This document shows, one piece after another, positions 61,808 through 64,000 of a DNA stretch of 64,000 bases. Each line of letters starts with the position of its first letter. The stretch's first letter is position 1. A program made the translations under genes and the position numbers. The notes under the pieces were generated by a model. It saw only the letters and a program-made list of their open reading frames with translations, did not search any database and was not told the DNA's origin. This DNA comes from Lama guanicoe (lineage: Eukaryota): the NCBI GenBank assembly GCA_013239625.1, contig MU056063.1:8742122-8806121 (forward strand), in the 5' to 3' direction.

Positions 61808-64000
61808 GGTGGGGGCAACTGAAATTTCTGGGAGGCTCAAGAAGACAAAGTTCGGGGAGAACTAGACAGGTGGCTGGTGGGAGGCCCCAGTGCTGCCCGC
61901 CTGGTCACTCCCAGCGCTGGGGTCCCGCGGAGCGCGGACAGGATGAGGTCAGGATCCCATTGCTGGCTATGGGGTCGGGCTTGGGTCCCTGTCAGCTAAT
62001 AGGTGCTGGACAAATGGTCATTGATATGTAGACACTGAAGGAAAGGATGAGTGTTTAATTCCTCTTGTTTCAGTTTTGAAATTTAACCACCAACGGCAAG
62101 CACAATATTGAAAAGTGATCGCCAAACACTGGTTTTCTGATGCGCCAGGAATTCTCCAGCTTCCCAAGAAATGTCAGAAGGTCCTTCAAACTTAAGTTTC
62201 CGTTAATACAAACAAACACAGACCATACAATTTCTAGAAACAGGGGCTATCTTAGTGCTTTAAGCATAGGCTCAATATATTAAAGTATTTTTCTTTTGGG
62301 AGATCACAGTTTTTCTGTTTTGGAGTAAGCTTTGAGTCCACATAGTCCGATTTTTCTGAAGCAGCAAACAAATCGATTCTTAATTCTAAATGTTCTCTGG
62401 GGCAAAAATGGCAAAACGCAAAAATTCCCTCACATGTTTGAGAGGCATCTCCGGTGCTCATCCAGTTGCTTGTGGTCTGTGCCTAAGAGCAGCGGAACGA
62501 GCTGGGTCCCCGCCTCGCCTAGGTGTTGCCCTCTGGTTGCACTGGCAGGAGGGTGGGGATCCGGCATCGCTGGTCAGTCCCCATGCTGTGCAGCCACGAT
62601 GGCCGGGGGCACCTGGTCCCACCGGCATCCTTCTTGCCTGGAAGAGAACGACTCCCGGGGGACGGTCTCGTTTCAGGCTTGTCGCAGGTCCAAGGGAGCA
62701 AACAGGCTCAGCTGAGCTTTTCAGCCAGAACAGGTTGTGCTGGGCCCCAACCCCAAGGCTCCCACTCTGGGCTCTGGGGTCATGGCCATCCCGCCTCACG
62801 GGTTGCTCGGGCCAGGGTCCCTGCCCTTCTGGCCCAGGAGGTGCCACCATGTGGTACTGCTGCCCACTCCGGGGCATCCCGCTTGGATTGCTGGGCTGAA
62901 ACAAAACAGCCTCTCAGGCGCTGCTGTAGCTTCAGGCTAGAACAGAGCTTCCCAAGAGCGGCTTAAACCCCAGGGCAGCCCATCTGCTGGAGGCCAGGCT
63001 GTACGCTGGCCCCTCCGAGGAGGCTCTGAGGCCCGGGGCCTCGGCTAGTCCCTGGGGCAGGGCCCCTCGCTTCTCTGTGAGGTCACGCTAAGCTCTGGCT
63101 GTGATCACTGCCCGTCCTGCGGGTCTGCTGCTCCTGTGAAGGGCTGGGGGCTGACGGGCCGGCTGTTACAGTTCCCCAGAGAGGGAAGCCCTGCTGTCTG
63201 CCATCCCAGCCGGCGGCCTCTCAGATGCACCGTGGGCTTCAGTCAGTCCTTGGCTCAGGGGTTCCCATCTTCCCGCACTGTCCCCTCAACGCCCGGCTGT
63301 CCCCCTCAGGGGCCCCTCCGTGTCATCCAGAAAGCAGCTCTCCCTGGCCTCCTTCATGTAGAAGGCTCTCCTGGCCCCAAAACCCACCGTCCTCTCTTCT
63401 TCTGACCCTTTGGATACTAGTTTATGTCTGTCTGTCATCTTCACAGCTGGAGCTCAGGGCCCCACACTTAACAGACACGAAACCTTCTTCCATCCCAATT
63501 ACATCAGCGACGAGTAGGCGCTGATGGAGGTTCATGGCCGTGCTGGCTGTGGCTCTTCTGAGACAGAGACAATCCCCTTGATCTCAGATTGACTGAGCTC
63601 CTCATTCCAGGTCAGGGGACGGGCATCGGAGCCCCTGCCCCATGGGTGTGCCCAGCACCTTCCCCTTCTCAGGCTCCAGGTCGCACCCAGGAACCTGCCT
63701 GGCAGACCCTCCCTATCGTGCCCCACGTGGCCCTGGTCCGGGCGAGTCTGGGTCACACCAGCATCACCAGGGCAGACCCCTTCCCGCAGGTCCTCTGCCT
63801 CCTTTCCTGCCTCTGCTCTTAAGTGAGCCGATCTGTTACCAAACTTCAAAAGGCAGGAGGTGCCGTCCCTCCCTCCCAGGGGCCCGGGAGCTGACGTAGG
63901 GTTCCCAGTCCCTGCCTCATGTCTTTTCTTAATTGAAGAACGATTTGCATAAAACAGAACACACAGGTCTTCAGAGCTCAGCTGGATGAGTTTGGATAAA

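Noticed and set aside
43100-64000. Long upstream ORFs (56544..57170, 57845..58426, 61028..61579, 59394..59672) as another gene or pseudogene
   Set aside because: No recognisable domain, Pro/Gly/Arg/Ser-rich composition typical of GC-rich non-coding DNA, and overlapping ORFs in several frames. A lncRNA cannot be excluded from sequence alone.

Overview
Mammalian genomic DNA, GC- and CpG-rich, probably camelid (alpaca/camel), judged from a tRNA-derived SINE at ~1.43-1.56 kb. The window holds the 5' half of EDAR (ectodysplasin A receptor, TNFR family) on the minus strand: non-coding exon 1 (~42378-42730), a 37.9 kb intron 1, exon 2 with the start codon (4432-4500), exon 3 (3732-3854) and exon 4 (3015-3196). 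All junctions are canonical GT-AG and the phases join into residues 1-119; exon 5 onward lies left of the window. The rest is intron and ~21 kb of upstream DNA with decayed L1, L2, MIR and MER repeats, minisatellites and one 198-N gap. Almost all six-frame ORFs are spurious. Best leads: (1) a possible 5'UTR splice switch, made of a 4-codon uORF across the exon 1/2 junction, an alternative exon 1 donor that removes it, and a recursive-splice-like AG|GT at the start of exon 2; (2) a ~470 bp tripartite mini-L1; (3) a MIR-adjacent minisatellite with 13 CAGGTG E-boxes ~6 kb upstream; (4) TCF/LEF and homeobox motif clusters in intron 1; (5) substitutions P52L and M107A. Human comparisons and repeat family names are from memory and need alignment or RepeatMasker confirmation.
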